A stretch of DNA of 64,000 nt from Macrostomum lignano (taxonomy: Eukaryota), in NCBI GenBank assembly GCA_002269645.1, contig NIVC01000215.1:310001-374000 (forward strand). Direction: 5' to 3'. The notes beneath the pieces are model-generated. The model saw only the letters and a program-made list of their open reading frames with translations, had not been told where the DNA came from and ran no database searches. Shown here one piece after another: positions 1 through 12,562 of this stretch (position 1 is the stretch's first letter; each line of letters opens with the position of its first letter). A program made the translations under genes and the position numbers.

Positions 1-3000
1 TACCCGGAGCGTCGCCACAGGCCGGGGTGGACAGGGGGGTAAGACATGTGTCGCCCCCCCCCCCAGTAAAAGCTATGGGGGACATGACTAAGTCTAATAT
101 GCTTTTGTCCCCAGCTCCACCCCACCTTGTGACGGCCGTTTTGGAAGGCTATAATTTTGTTTCAGGGCACGAAAATATAGCTATAGCATTTAAAATGAGT
201 GCCTGCGACGCCAAAATGAGCGCTGACAATCACCGATTCTCAAAATAATGTACATGCATGTAGTAATTTATAGTCATATATGGTACATGTATGCATGTAA
301 AATCCTTTGCTGTTGTCACTCCCGCACCATAAAATCCATGGCATAAAATCGACCACACTAAAAAGTACGTATAGTGTATATATTATGGCACTTACCAGGG
401 ACTACTTAAACTTTAAGTAGTTTAAGTAGTCCCTGGCACGTACGTGTAAACTTGCATGATGTACATGTAATTCTGCGCATATGGCTCCATAGAAACACTA
501 TGGTAACGAGATTTTATTATTGTATTAAGGCCGATCGAAGCCTGTGATTTAATTATGCTGCAGAAACATGATGCAGTCTGCAGCTTAATTCTAATGACTT
601 TTATTACATGTACATTCAATTAGTACCATCTTGAGTATATCCATAAGAGAACTTGACGTGTATTAAAAGGGCATGTGACAGCAGAGGGTCTCTTTACGTC
701 ACCCAGCAATTCTAATTATTAGCTGTGTAATTGTACATCTACTGCTTTACAGTACATGCAATGTATAATTATTTATAGTGCGTAAATTGTGGCTAATGGT
801 TTTATACGAAAAAAATTAGATAACCGAAGAGAACCGATCGAACAAAAAGCAAGGACGATTTAAGTAGACGACTTTAGTCGTCCTTGACAAAAAGGTGGAG
901 TTACATGTGCATCAGCTGGACAATTTTTTGGGGAAAACTTTGCAGGCCACTTTTACTGAGAAAATATCAGTAATTAACTAATGCCGGAGAGTAAACTCAA
1001 AGTTAGTGTTCGCATTCTCAGGTACTAAATTTCTAAAACAATTAACAGAAGTTTTTAACTTAAGCTGTATTTCTATACGAAACATTTTAAAGTACGTTTT
1101 TGTTAAGTTATGCATAATTGCATTCGTTTTTGACTTTGATATTTTTCGTAGAACTGTATTAAGACTTCTGCAGTCTGCTAGTACTGCTGCAACTGCATAC
1201 TACACTTGAAAAAGTCAAATATATTTATACTGTCAATCACCTTCCTGGTCTTGGTTAACTAGTAAATGAGTACTGTCAGTTCGTTAAAAGCCATGAGCTA
1301 TACTAAAAAAGTAATTAGGCAAAAGGTCCTATTAGGCTATGCCGCTATGGTATGTTCTTTGGCATTGGCACGACGGCACTGACTGACTCTGACTGTTTTT
1401 ATTAGTTAGGGACGTTGGAAATGCACTGAAGTCTACTGTAGTTTAATCGTTAAAGCTATTTTGATAGTTTTACTATTCAATCTCTATTCAAGACAATAGG
1501 TTTCAAGACAACCCAACCTGGCCCCTGGGTTTTTTTAAGGTTGGAAATCCAGTTGCCAGCTGGCCCTTGGGGCTCAAAATCCAGTTGCCAATGCCTATTT
1601 TTGGTTGCCCATTGGCATCTAGCCAAATTCTCGAGGATGGATATTTCCAAGGCTACATTTCAAGGCAGAAATTTGCTCTTTTAACTCCAAGGTTACTATC
1701 TATGCTGCAAAAAATAACAAGCTATCAATTCTATCATATGGTCATATTAATTCATATGGCACTTTTATTACACTTAAAAAATCATTTTTTTAAATTGGCA
1801 ACTGGCACAGGGAAAATAAAGTTGCCAGATTGGCCTCTGATACCAAAAATCCAGTTGCCAATAAGATTTTCAAGGGGCCAAAAACCCTGTATGGCCCAAA
1901 AAACCCAGAACCAAACATGTTAAAAATAACTTGATAGGCCTAGTGATTGCACTATAGATAGGGGGGCCTAGTATTGCTAGGCCCCCTATTACAATTCATA
2001 GCAACCTTAGTTTAGCTTAGTAGGCCTAATTCTAGTGATAGATATAAATAATAAAATATTTTAACATTTAACAAAATCATTTAACAACACATGTTTCTTA
2101 TTTATAGTGATACTATATTTGATTCTGTATTAAATGATTTGTTTTTTTATTAGGCCCTATAGGCTATAGCCTATATTAACTCAACTGTCTATATATTTTT
2201 ATAGTGTTTCACTATAACAGCATAAGGAGGGTCCATATACCTTAGCCATAGCCATAAGCAAAACTATAGCTTATTCCAATTCTCTGTATTCCATAGCCAT
2301 AGGGACCCCAATATTACCATATTCCTATAGTTCCTATAGCTATAGCCATAGTTTTAATAAAAAGTCTAGAAAAGTAGAAAACAAAATAGGCCTATTTTGA
2401 ATCAAGAAGATAACCTGGTGCTTAAACAACTGCAAATTAAGTTAGAAAATAAAAGAAACACTCAATTGCTTATCAGAGTACAAAGTAAGATTATATTTTG
2501 TCTTTTTATAGAACAACAATACTTAATTGCTACTGATAGTACTAATACTCAGCTTTTTCATATTAGGCCTAATAAAATTGGAGTTTGCTAGTGTTTTATT
2601 GTACTTCATTAGGTATATTCTATAAGTTTCTAAGTTGATAATATAGTTTACTAAAGTGAGGTAGGGTGGAGAAGATAAAACAAAATTTGATATTGGAGGT
2701 CAGCCGGTAATTCTTCAAAACCGGTAGCGTTGCATTCGCATAAATTAATCCAGAAAATCGCGCAGACGAATCACAACAAAATTCTTCTCCTTTTACTCCG
2801 ACTGCCGGGTTCTCAAGTCCGGGGGGAGGGTAGTTGTAATCGTAGTGGAGCAGTCGTAGAGCGACATGGTCGTTCAGTTGTAGGAACTCCAGAGTTTCTG
2901 CCTCCGTAAATTAATGCATCGAAGTGTTGAACTCATTACTTTTGGTAGGGTAGTTGCTGCCACCACCATAATTTACGTATTACGGAACATTTAATGGTCT

Positions 3001-5024
3001 CAGAGCTTTCTTTGAGTTGAGACTGATTGGTTATTTTATGCCCCACGGGCAAAGGATTCAAGATAGGCTATGGCTTATATTAACTGGATAAGTATTAACT
3101 GATTAATTGACTGTCTGTTTATTATTAACGCAAAGAAAGTTACTAATTCAAGCAGGTTATTATTGTTAAGAAAATTAAGCTACAGATGAAAATGAGTTCG
3201 TGGGCGCCAGTGTGCTAATAAGCTAAGGATGAATTAAACTGTAACTGAAACACACGAAAACACAAGCGCAAGCAAGAACAATGGAAACAAAAATGGAAAA
3301 CAAAAAACAGAAGACAAAAAAATGGGGGGAAGAGAAAGAGAGAGAGAAAGCATGAAGAAATTCAACCGAAAACACACTTATTTATACAATGAAATTATTA
3401 AATTCCCAGGTGTGGGGCCAGGACTTATTAACACCAGGGCCACACATGGGTCCACACTCAGGTTATAAAACAAAAGCCCCAAAAATACACACAAAATTAT
3501 TAAAACTCAACCGATGAAAATTTATATTGACCAACTAAGGAAAAAAACTATAACAACCAATGGTCCAAACACGGGGCCAACCGGGGGGGAAAGGGTGAGG
3601 TCACCGTCTGCCGTTGGCTGCAAGGGTTGGAAACTTACAAAAAGATGGCACACAATTAAAAATAGAAAAAAAATTATTAAAATATTATTAAATGGTGGCA
3701 ACCCCACTGCCACAAAAGTATCTTTGTTTTACTCAACCTGTTTCTAATATTTTTTCAATTTTTTAAATTAATAACTATGGCTATAGGAATCCATGGAATG
3801 TGACGGAATGGCCACACAACAAAATGGCCACATAAAACAAAATGTTTCAGACATCTATTGCATTTTATACTATTAGGACAAAAAATATAATAATTTGTAA
3901 TAGAAGTACAAAATATCTTTATAGCATTATCTAGCATATTATTATATCTTTATAGCATATTATTAGTAATAGTTATCCTAAAGATAACTATAATGGCTCC
4001 TAAAGAAACTAAAAATTGAGTTCTATTTATAAAAGCCCTAAAAATTGGTAGCATTCACTCATTTCCACTGCTATATCTTGCCATTAATGAAATCAAGGGT
4101 TCTGATAAGCATAGCCTAGTCTTTTATGTTTTTTAAGTCTCAATTATTAAATGGCCAGTAATAATTTTTTTAGATAGGCCTATAACAATTAAATATAGGA
4201 AGTATATGCTCTTATAGCCAAGTCCATGATCTATACTTTTTGCCTAAAAACTTTTATCTATAACTTCCTACAATATATTTGTATCCATAACTATTATAAA
4301 ACTAAATTTTGTGCTAAATAAAAATTTGAATCTTGGGATAGGTCTGTTTATATTATTAATGCCCTTATATTTTTAATGCAGAATTAAATATAAAAGCTAT
4401 TATTCATTATATACTTAATATAAGTATATTTATGTATCTAATTTTTTTGCCAAACAAAGAAATTGGCTTTCTGTGAGTTTTATTTTATATTAAGTTTTAA
4501 TTTTTAATCTTGCTAGACTATTTGTAAAAATATCTATTGGCTATAATATGGATTTAAGTGCCCATTTAAAGGACAATATTCTATTTGCCAATTTTATAGT
4601 AACATTAGGATATCATATATATCTATTTAACACTTCTTTGACAATATTCCTCAACTACAATCAGACAATTTGATCAATGCCTAAAAGGCTAAAAATAGAA
4701 AACCAAAATGATATGCACAGTGTACTTTTTCATTAGCTAAACTCTGTTGTTACATTAGTCCATAAGTCCACTCGCTCTGTAAACTAAGGGTTTTTTGTGT
4801 CAGCATCTGTCATGACTTATCAACTTTTATTTTGACATCCTTATAAAAGATTGGGAGTGTAGAGATGATGGTGTTTTACAAGTATCTGGTTTTGAACTTT
4901 TTGACTGATGCCAGCTGCCACTTAGGATGCCAAATGGCAATGCAATTCTTACACTTAAAGGCAAGACATAAGATACACCAAAAGACATTTCCTTGCTTTC
5001 AGTGACTCAGTTCAAGCATTCATC

Positions 5025-6358
5025 ATGCACCGGGTAGTGAAAATGCGACTCAGCCAGTTGAATCCGCACATCACTTGCCCACTCTGTGCTGGCTACTACA
5101 TTGATGCTACAACCATTGTTGAATGCCTGCACTCATTTTGCCGCTCCTGTCTATTGCGACATTTGGCTGGCAGTAAGTGCTGCCCAGTATGCGACATATT
5201 ACTGCACAAAACTGATCCTAGGAAGGCAATTAAAGCTGATCGAAGTCTGCAGTCGTTGGTGTACAAGCTAGTGCCTGGCCTGTTCAAGGCTGAGATGACG
5301 CGGAGGTGAGTCGCAAAAATTCTCTACCAATTCAGGGATATTTAAGTTTACGAAGCATCTTTTCCTAAAGCTGAAGGTTGTATAACCTCAAACCAGAGTT
5401 CCCAAATCCCTGGAACAAATATCTCATATCCCTGAATCCTAGATCCCATATTCCTGAAGCAAAGATCCCATATTCCTGAAGCAAAGATCCCATATTCCTG
5501 AAGCAAAGATCCCATATTCCTGAAGCAAAGATCCCATATTCCTGAAGCAAAGATCCCATATTCCTGAAGCAAAGATCCCATATTCCTGAAGCAAAGATCC
5601 CATATTCCTGAAGCAAAGATCCCATATTCCTGAAGCAAAGATTCCATATTCCTGAAGCAAAGATTCCATATTCCTGAAAGCCAAGGCCAGCAATCTTTTA
5701 CTCATTACGCAGATAAAAGTCTCCCAATCGGAAATCCCAAAAACTTATGTATATTACTAAATCCCCGCACGCCCGCAACCGCAGGCGCGAGTTCTACCGG
5801 GCAAACCCGAGCCGCGACCTCAGCCTTGGTCCCGAAGGCCGCGGCGAACTCGCCCACCCTGGCGACGTGGTCGACGAAACCGAGACTCTGTCCGTGTCGC
5901 TCGAACTAGTGGACCCCGGCGGTCGCTTAGCAACCACCGGCGAGCATCGAGAGCTTCGATCCGACTTTGTGGACTTAAAACGGCCCTGCTATCTGTTAAC
6001 TCCAGCCTGTTTGACTGTCGGGCATCTGTGCACTTTTATTCGACTCAAACTCGGCCTGTCGCCCAACCAGTCTGTGTCGATATTTTACACTGACGACTGC
6101 CTGAGCGCCGACTATTCCGTCATGGACATCGCCTACGTGTACTCATGGCGGCGTAGGGGCCCGCTGCGGCTTTTCTATGCCATTGTGGATAAGTCTAAGG
6201 CTCAGCAGCCGCCGCCACCGCCAGGATTTGAAGGCCGATTATCGACTAATAAACTGGCAGCGGATCAATTATCGGTTGGCAGCAGCGAAGCTATGGATGA
6301 CGATACTTCGGCTACAGAATCGGGATCGGAATCTGATGAGGATTCTGGGGGCAGGTAG
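5025..6358 (+). CDS. PCGF: Polycomb group RING finger protein (PCGF; BMI1/Psc-like), 2 coding exons: 5025-5305, 5785-6358
   Basis: Exon 1 encodes a C3HC4 RING: LNPHITCPLCAGYYIDATTIVECLHSFCRSCL...CPVC...DRSLQSLVYKLVPGLF. A phase-2 intron (GTGAGT at 5306, CAG ending 5784) restores EMTRR-REFY, matching BMI1 EMKRRRDFY. Exon 2 has a RAWUL-like region (DIAYVYSWRRRGPLRLFY). Exact paralogue not determinable. Confidence 0.93.
5440..5680. repeat. 22-bp tandem repeat (AGATCCCATATTCCTGAAGCAA) in the PCGF intron
   Basis: About 11 near-identical units read directly; explains ORFs 5348, 5365, 5439. Confidence 0.95.
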
Positions 6359-6376
6359 TTGATGCGCTCAAGCTAT

Positions 6377-6530
6377 CCATGATCTATTACAACTCATGGA
6401 TTGCTAATCTAGCCGTCCATGGTGTATTACAGCTCATAGATTGCTAATCTAGCCGTCCATGATGTATTACAGCTCATGGATAGCTAATCTAGACGTCCAT
6501 GATGTATTACCGCTCATGGATAACTAATCT
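6377..6530. repeat. 40-bp tandem repeat, about 4 copies, just after the PCGF stop
   Basis: CCATGATGTATTACAGCTCATGGATTGCTAATCTAGCCGT-type units start at 6377, 6417, 6457, 6497. Confidence 0.85.
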
Positions 6531-6777
6531 ATCTCTAATCCATAATCTAATAAAATGGATTGCAAATCTAGTTGCTAGGTAAAGTAGTATTAAAAGTTTT
6601 TTAACTTCCAATTATAAATGTTGAATGGTAACTTTGCCTCCCACCTCCCTTCTCTGTGTCTGTGCCCTTTGATTTTAATCTTTTAATTGAGAACTAACGG
6701 GCTTTGAAATCATCTCCTTCGTTACAAAATTATTTAAATAAATTTTATAGCTTACTGTCTCAAAAATTCAATTAGCG

Positions 6778-6972
6778 TCTCTAATCTCATCAGGTGAGAT
6801 TCTAACCAACTTCTCTAATCCTATGGGATGAGATTCTAACCAATGTCTCTAATCTCATGGGGTGGGATTCTAACCAACTTCTCTAATCCTATGGGATGAG
6901 ATTCTAACCAATGTCTCTAATCTCATGGGTTGAGATTCTAACCAATGTCTCTAATCTCATGTGGTGAGATTC
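6778..6972. repeat. 34-bp tandem repeat, about 6 copies
   Basis: TCTCTAATCTCATGGGGTGAGATTCTAACCAATG-type units start at 6778, 6812, 6846 and onward. Confidence 0.85.
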
Positions 6973-7731
6973 TTATAAATTTTTAGAACCAGTATGAAGT
7001 TAATAAACTTGTTTTATGTAAAACATACGTTACTTGAGCACACACCTGTTCCATGTAAGCAAGGTACATCTACCTCTAAATCGTTATCCAGTAGTTTGTG
7101 ATGCTTTAGTTCTACACAATTCTTCATCTTCTACTCGTCAATAATGCAATAATTTCGAATCGCGAAAATCATATTTATTTGATGTCAAACAGCATCTCTG
7201 CAAAGCGCTGTGTTGTGTTGAATTTGCTATAATTGTGTTCCTGGTTGGACTCAGTCTGTTTTTGCTGTTGTCATTTAGTATGGCTAGTCACATTTAAGAG
7301 TTTATCTACCAAAATCATATTAATTGTCTCTTATCTGACAATCGGTCTTTTTTCAATGCAATAGGCCCTGCGGTTCTAAGAGAGCAATAGTTTACGGTTA
7401 CGGATGGCCCAATGTGAAGTACAGTATAAACTTTTTATGTCTCCAAGTATTAACGCAGTTTTGTGAATTTGACCCCAAGTTTCCATTGTTTATTTGTTTA
7501 TTTCAATTTTTTATTTGATGATGAGATTTAAAATGATTTCGATCAATATTGTCTAGCGCTTGTGACACCTGTTTTGTATTTGTATTTCTAACACACTTTG
7601 CAATAAATTCGTTTATTAATAATTTTTGTTGTTACAGTAATGCTGAATTACTTATTTTACGTAATTCCATTTACCATAACTATATTATGTACTTTTTCGT
7701 TACGATATCGCTAAAATTTCTACAAATAGCT

Positions 7732-9561
7732 CTGGGAGTCTGGTTGAGTAGCTACCCTGGGGAGTGTTGGGGAGTCTGGTTGAGTAGCTACCCTGGGGAG
7801 TGTTAGGGAGTCTGGTTGAGTAGCTACCCTGAGGAGTGTTGGGGAGTCTGGTTGAGTAGCTACTCCAGGGAGTGTTGGGGAGTCTGGTTGAGTAGCTACC
7901 CTGGGGAGTGTTGGGGAGTCTGGTTGAGTAGCTACCCTGGGGAGTGTTGGGGAGTCTGGTTGAGTAGCTACCCTGAGGAGTGTTGGGGAGTCTGGTTGAG
8001 TAGCTACCCTGGGGAGTGTTGGGGAGTCTGGTTGAGTAGCTACCCCAGGGAGTGTTGGGGAGTCTGGTTGAGTAGCTACCCCAGGGAGTGTTGGGGAGTC
8101 TGGTTGAGTAGCTACCCTGGGGAGTGTTGGGGAGTCTGGTTGAGTAGCTACCCTGGGGAGTGTTGGGGAGTCTGGTTGAGTAGCTACCATGGGGAGTGTT
8201 GGGGAGTCTGGTTGAGTAGCTACCCTGGGGAGTGTTGGGGAGTCTGGTTGAGTAGCTACCCTGGGGAGTGTTGGGGAGTCTGGTTGAGTAGCTACCCTGG
8301 GGAGTGTTGGGGAGTCTGGTTGAGTAGCTACCCTGGGGAGTGTTGGGGAGTCTGGTTGAGTAGCTACCCTGGGGAGTGTTGGGGAGTCTGGTTGAGTAGC
8401 TACCCTGGGGAGTGTTGGGGAGTCTGGTTGAGTAGCTACCCTAGGGAGTGTTATGGAGGCTGGTTGAGTAGCTACCCTGGGGAGTGTTGGGGAGTCTGAT
8501 TGAGTAGCTACTCCAGGGAGTGTTGGGGAGTCTGGTTGAGTAGCTACCCTGGGGAGTGTTCGGGAGTCTGGTTGAGTAGCTACCCTGGGGAGTGTTGGGG
8601 AGTCTGGTTGAGTAGCTACTCCAGGGAGTGTTGGGGAGTCTGGTTGAGTAGCTACCCTGGGGAGTGTTAGGGAGTCTGGTTGAGTAGCTACCCTAGGGAG
8701 TGTTGGGGAGTCTGGTTGAGTAGCTACCCTAGGGAGTGTTGGGGAGTCTGGTTGAGTAGCTACCCTGGGGAGTGTTGGGCAGTCTGGTTGAGTAGCTACC
8801 CTAGGGAGTGTTGGGGAGTCTGGTTGAGTAGCTACTCCAGGGAGTGTTGGGGAGTCTGGTTGAGTAGCTACCCTGGGGAGTGTTCGGGAGTCTGGTTGAG
8901 TAGCTACCCTAGGGAGTGTTGGGGAGTCTGGTTGAGTAGCTACCCTAGGGAGTGTTGGGGAGTCTGGTTGAGTAGCTACCCTGGGGAGTGTTGTGGAGTC
9001 TGGTTGAGTAGCTACCCTGGGGAGTGTTGGGGAGTCTGGTTGAGTAGCTACCCTGGGGAGTGTTGGGGAGTCTGGTTGAGTAGCTACCCTGGGGAGTGTT
9101 GGGGAGTCTGGTTGAGTAGCTACCCTGGGGAGTGTTGGGGAGGCTGGTTGAGTAGCTACCCTGGGGAGTGTTGGGGAGTCTGGTTGAGTAGCTACTCCAG
9201 GGAGTGTTGGGAAGTCTGGTTGAGTAGCTACCCCAGGGAGTGTTGGGCAGTCTGGTTGAGTAGCTACCCTAGGGAGTGTTGGGAAGTCTGGTTGAGTAGC
9301 TACCCTGGGGAATGTTGGGGAGTCTGGTTGAGTAGCTACCCTGGGGAGTGTTGTGGAGTCTGGTTGAGTAGCTACCCTGGGGAATGTTGGGGAGTCTGGT
9401 TGAGTAGCTACCCTAGGGAGTGTTGGGAAGTCTGGTTGAGTAGCTACCCTGGGGAATGTTGGGGAGTCTGGTTGAGTAGCTACCCTGGGGAGTGTTGTGG
9501 AGTCTGGTTGAGTAGCTACCCTGGGGATTGTTGGGGAGTCTGGTTGAGTAGCTACCCTGGG
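7732..9561. repeat. 36-bp minisatellite (TGGTTGAGTAGCTACCCTGGGGAGTGTTGGGGAGTC), about 50 copies
   Basis: Head-to-tail units without spacers; the 12-aa periodic ORFs (SSYPGECWGVWL) are by-products. Confidence 0.97.
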
Positions 9562-9794
9562 TGTACTGCGTGTAAATACATGTAGACATAGGGACGTTGT
9601 CAGCTACTAGCTAATAAATGTATATCTTATTGCGTTCCTTTAGCTACCAGCTTATTCGATAATTCCCTGGGCCAGCACGGTTGTCAGCAGTTGATGCAGC
9701 AGTTTTCTCCAAGCCTGCTTGTCGGACTCGCTCAGGTGCAGCTCTGAGTTGAGAGCGTCCAGTAGGGCTGCCCGCATGCTCTGCAATTAGTTTG

Positions 9795-10560
9795 GACAGA
9801 TTGGGTTTCCAGTTAGGGCAGATTGGGTTTCCAGTTGGGCAGATTGGGTTTCCAGTTGGGCAGATTGGGTTTCCAGTTAGGGCAGATTGGGTTTCCAGTT
9901 GGGCAGATTGGGTTTCCAGTTAGGGCAGATTGGGTTTCCAGATAGGGCAGATTGGGTTTCCAGTTGGGCAGATTGGGTTTCCAGTTGGGCAGATTGGGTT
10001 TCCAGTTAGGGCAGATTGGGTTTCCAGTTAGGGCAGATTGGGTTTCCAGTTAGGCAGATTGGGTTTCCAGTTGGGTAGATTGGGTTTCCAGTGCAGGGCA
10101 GATTGGGTTTCCAGTTATGGCAGATTGGGTTTCCAGTTGGGTAGATTGGGTTTCCAGTGCAGGGCAGATTGGGTTTCCAGTTATGGCAGATTGGGTTCCC
10201 AGTGCAGGGCAGATTGGGTTTCCAGTTGGGTAGATTGGGTTTCCAGTGCAGGGCAGATTGGGTTTCCAGTTGGGTAGATTGGGTTTCCAGTGCAGGGCAG
10301 ATTGGGTTTCCAGTGCAGGGCAGATTGGGTTTCCAGTTATGGAAGATTGGGTTCCCAGTGCAGGGCAGATTGGGTTTCCAGTTGGGTAGATTGGGTTTCC
10401 AGTGCAGGGCAGATTGGGTTTCCAGTTATGGCAGATTGGGTTTCCAGTGCAGGGCAGATTGGGTTTCCAGTTATGGCAGATTGGGTTTCCAGTTATGGCA
10501 GATTGGGTTTCCAGTTAGGGCAGATTGGGTTCCCAGTGCAGGGCAGATTGGGTCTCCAGT
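9795..10560. repeat. 20-22-bp tandem repeat (GGGCAGATTGGGTTTCCAGTT) filling globin intron 2
   Basis: Directly visible; explains ORFs 10038, 10157, 10290. Confidence 0.95.
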
Positions 10561-10852
10561 GCAAAGCAAATTTGATTCGAAATTGGCATAGCAACCTCGA
10601 AGTGCATTCGTCGAACGCCCATTTCGGCGTGGGATCTGCCCACCATCCTTGGCACCTCCGAGTCGATGACGCCGTCTTATGAGTCGGCGAGGTCCCGGGC
10701 AGCAGCGCCGAGCACGCTGAGCACCCGAAGTCCGTGCGCTCGAAGGGCTGGCAGTTCTGCGAGGTTCTGCCTGGTGACACCTTTGAACCGGGGGAACAGA
10801 TCCTGGGCAGAGGGACTGAGCTCGAATGTCCTGCGATTGATGGGGATTAATT

Positions 10853-10990
10853 GGAGCTGGATTCTCATTGAAATTGAGCTGGATTCTCTCAGTGAGATTG
10901 GGCTGGATTCTCAGTGAGATTGAACTGGATTCTCATTGAGATTGAACTGTGTTCTCATTGAGACTGAGCTGCAGAACTCTCGGTGAGATA
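10853..10990. repeat. Short array of the 22-bp GAGATTGAGCTGGATTCTCATT satellite in globin intron 1
   Basis: Same unit as the large array at 13630-18150. Confidence 0.85.
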
Positions 10991-12562
10991 CTAATTAAGC
11001 AGAGCTCGGGAAATCTCACCTGAGAAACATTTGCACAGCAATCCGATCTCTCTGAGCATCTATAAGTGGCCAGTCGCGGGCAATGACGCTTCTCTCTGCT
11101 TCAGTGAGACTTGCTGCTTTTAGAGATTGGGAATCTTCGAAGACAGGGAAATTCATTGTCTCTGTACGCGCGGTGTCTTCTCTCTGTTTCCTCGCTCGAT
11201 CATTAAATACTCGATTGTCGGTGGCTGCTCACATAATGAAAAATAATTGGCCTTCCCAACCAAGATTCTGATGTAGCTATACATGTGCTAGGTGTGGGAT
11301 CGTTTTACAAGCGGGACACTTGGTAGCTAAATTACATGTACTAGGGCAGTTTGTACCTTCAGTAAGGACATTTCTTTATTGTTCTAGTAGGATCGTTCGT
11401 TAGTCGCGGCTCTGGGCTCAGGCTCATTACAGCTTACATGTATATTAACGATTGAACTAATTCCTTTCCTAATGTGTCATGACGTTTACGAAGTTCGACA
11501 AAAACTGTAAAAAGTAACATACGCTCGTAGCTGCAATATTATATGTTGCTGGATAAATTATGTTTGTTCTACATTCGCTAATCGATTCTTCTGTTTAAAT
11601 TAAAAAATAACGATAATGAACGATTTACATGCTGTCAGTTTAATAAAATTAGTGCGGTGTTTATATGTATACAGTGTACGTAAGTTGCTATGCACATTCG
11701 GTGGCATGTGTATCCATATGTTAAATAATAATGTACATGGTACATGTACATGAAATTTAGTTGTTTACTTTACAGTACTGAACTAAAATTGAGGGATGGC
11801 ATCAACTCTTGATTCTCAAAAAATGAAGTACATTTACATATTGAATTCAAAGCATACTATATATGTACAAGTCGAAGCTGGAATCGATGCTACACGTGCA
11901 TATTCATATAACATAATGTATATTACTCAGTGTACATGTACATATGTATGTTTGAGCAAGCGCATGTTTTGATCTATAAGTTAAATACATTTAAAAGTCG
12001 TATATAATAATTTAAGTTATGTACAACGGATCGCCAAGCACTTTTTTGCTAGATGTAAATCGTAGCAAAAGAAAGTATAGGGTTATACATGTAATTCAAA
12101 TTAAATAATAACGGGGTATCCATTTTAATTATTCTGACAGATATATGCAGACTGATATAGATGCCGAAATAATGTATCTGTAGCTAGGTGTATTATTCAC
12201 AACCACTACTACCAGCAACTGGACTGCAGAGCTCTGGACATTGTCAACGAGCAATAACTTTAGTAAACACGTAGGTACTGTATTTCGCGCGTAAAACCAA
12301 TTGTATTCAAAGTTAAACAAAATGGATTAATAAATTATAAAATTATCTTCTGTAATCGTACCTTTTGATAAATTTATATATAAAAAAATAAAATTCAGCA
12401 ACATTTATAAATTTAACTATAATCTAAGTAGCCTAAATTTGCTTTTTCTAAACAATTTGGTTTCTTAATGAAGCTCCTATTTTCTCAAATGTAAAAAAAA
12501 TTTCTACGCATTCCTGTTTATAAGCCAAAATCCTGGCACCTGGTACTGGAAACAAAACCGCT

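Larger units (their letters stand above)
9652..11156 (-). pseudogene. Globin gene with 3 exons (11156-11020, 10830-10596, 9780-9652) and an in-frame TAA at 10679-10677; pseudogene, null allele or sequence error
   Basis: Spliced translation: MNFPVFEDSQSLKAASLTEAERSVIARDWPLIDAQRDRIAVQMFLR|TFELSPSAQDLFPRFKGVTRQNLAELPALRAHGLRVLSVLGAAARDLADS*DGVIDSEVPRMVGRSHAEMGVRRMHFE|SMRAALLDALNSELHLSESDKQAWRKLLHQLLTTVLAQGIIE. CD1 Phe, E7 His and F8 His are present. GT-AG introns fall at the canonical B12.2 and G7.0 positions. Confidence 0.9.

Noticed and set aside
1500-1923. 118-aa ORF and repeated AATCCAGTTGCCA motifs
   Set aside because: Probably a decayed non-autonomous transposon, but I could not define TIRs or a TSD, and the ORF has no protein features.
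7732-9561. 36-bp repeats as a CRISPR array
   Set aside because: Units are head-to-tail with no unique spacers, no cas genes are present, and the context is eukaryotic.
10677-10679. Stop-codon reassignment (alternative genetic code) explaining the globin TAA
   Set aside because: Other genes here end at TAA (including the globin itself), TAG or TGA, and none has an internal stop.
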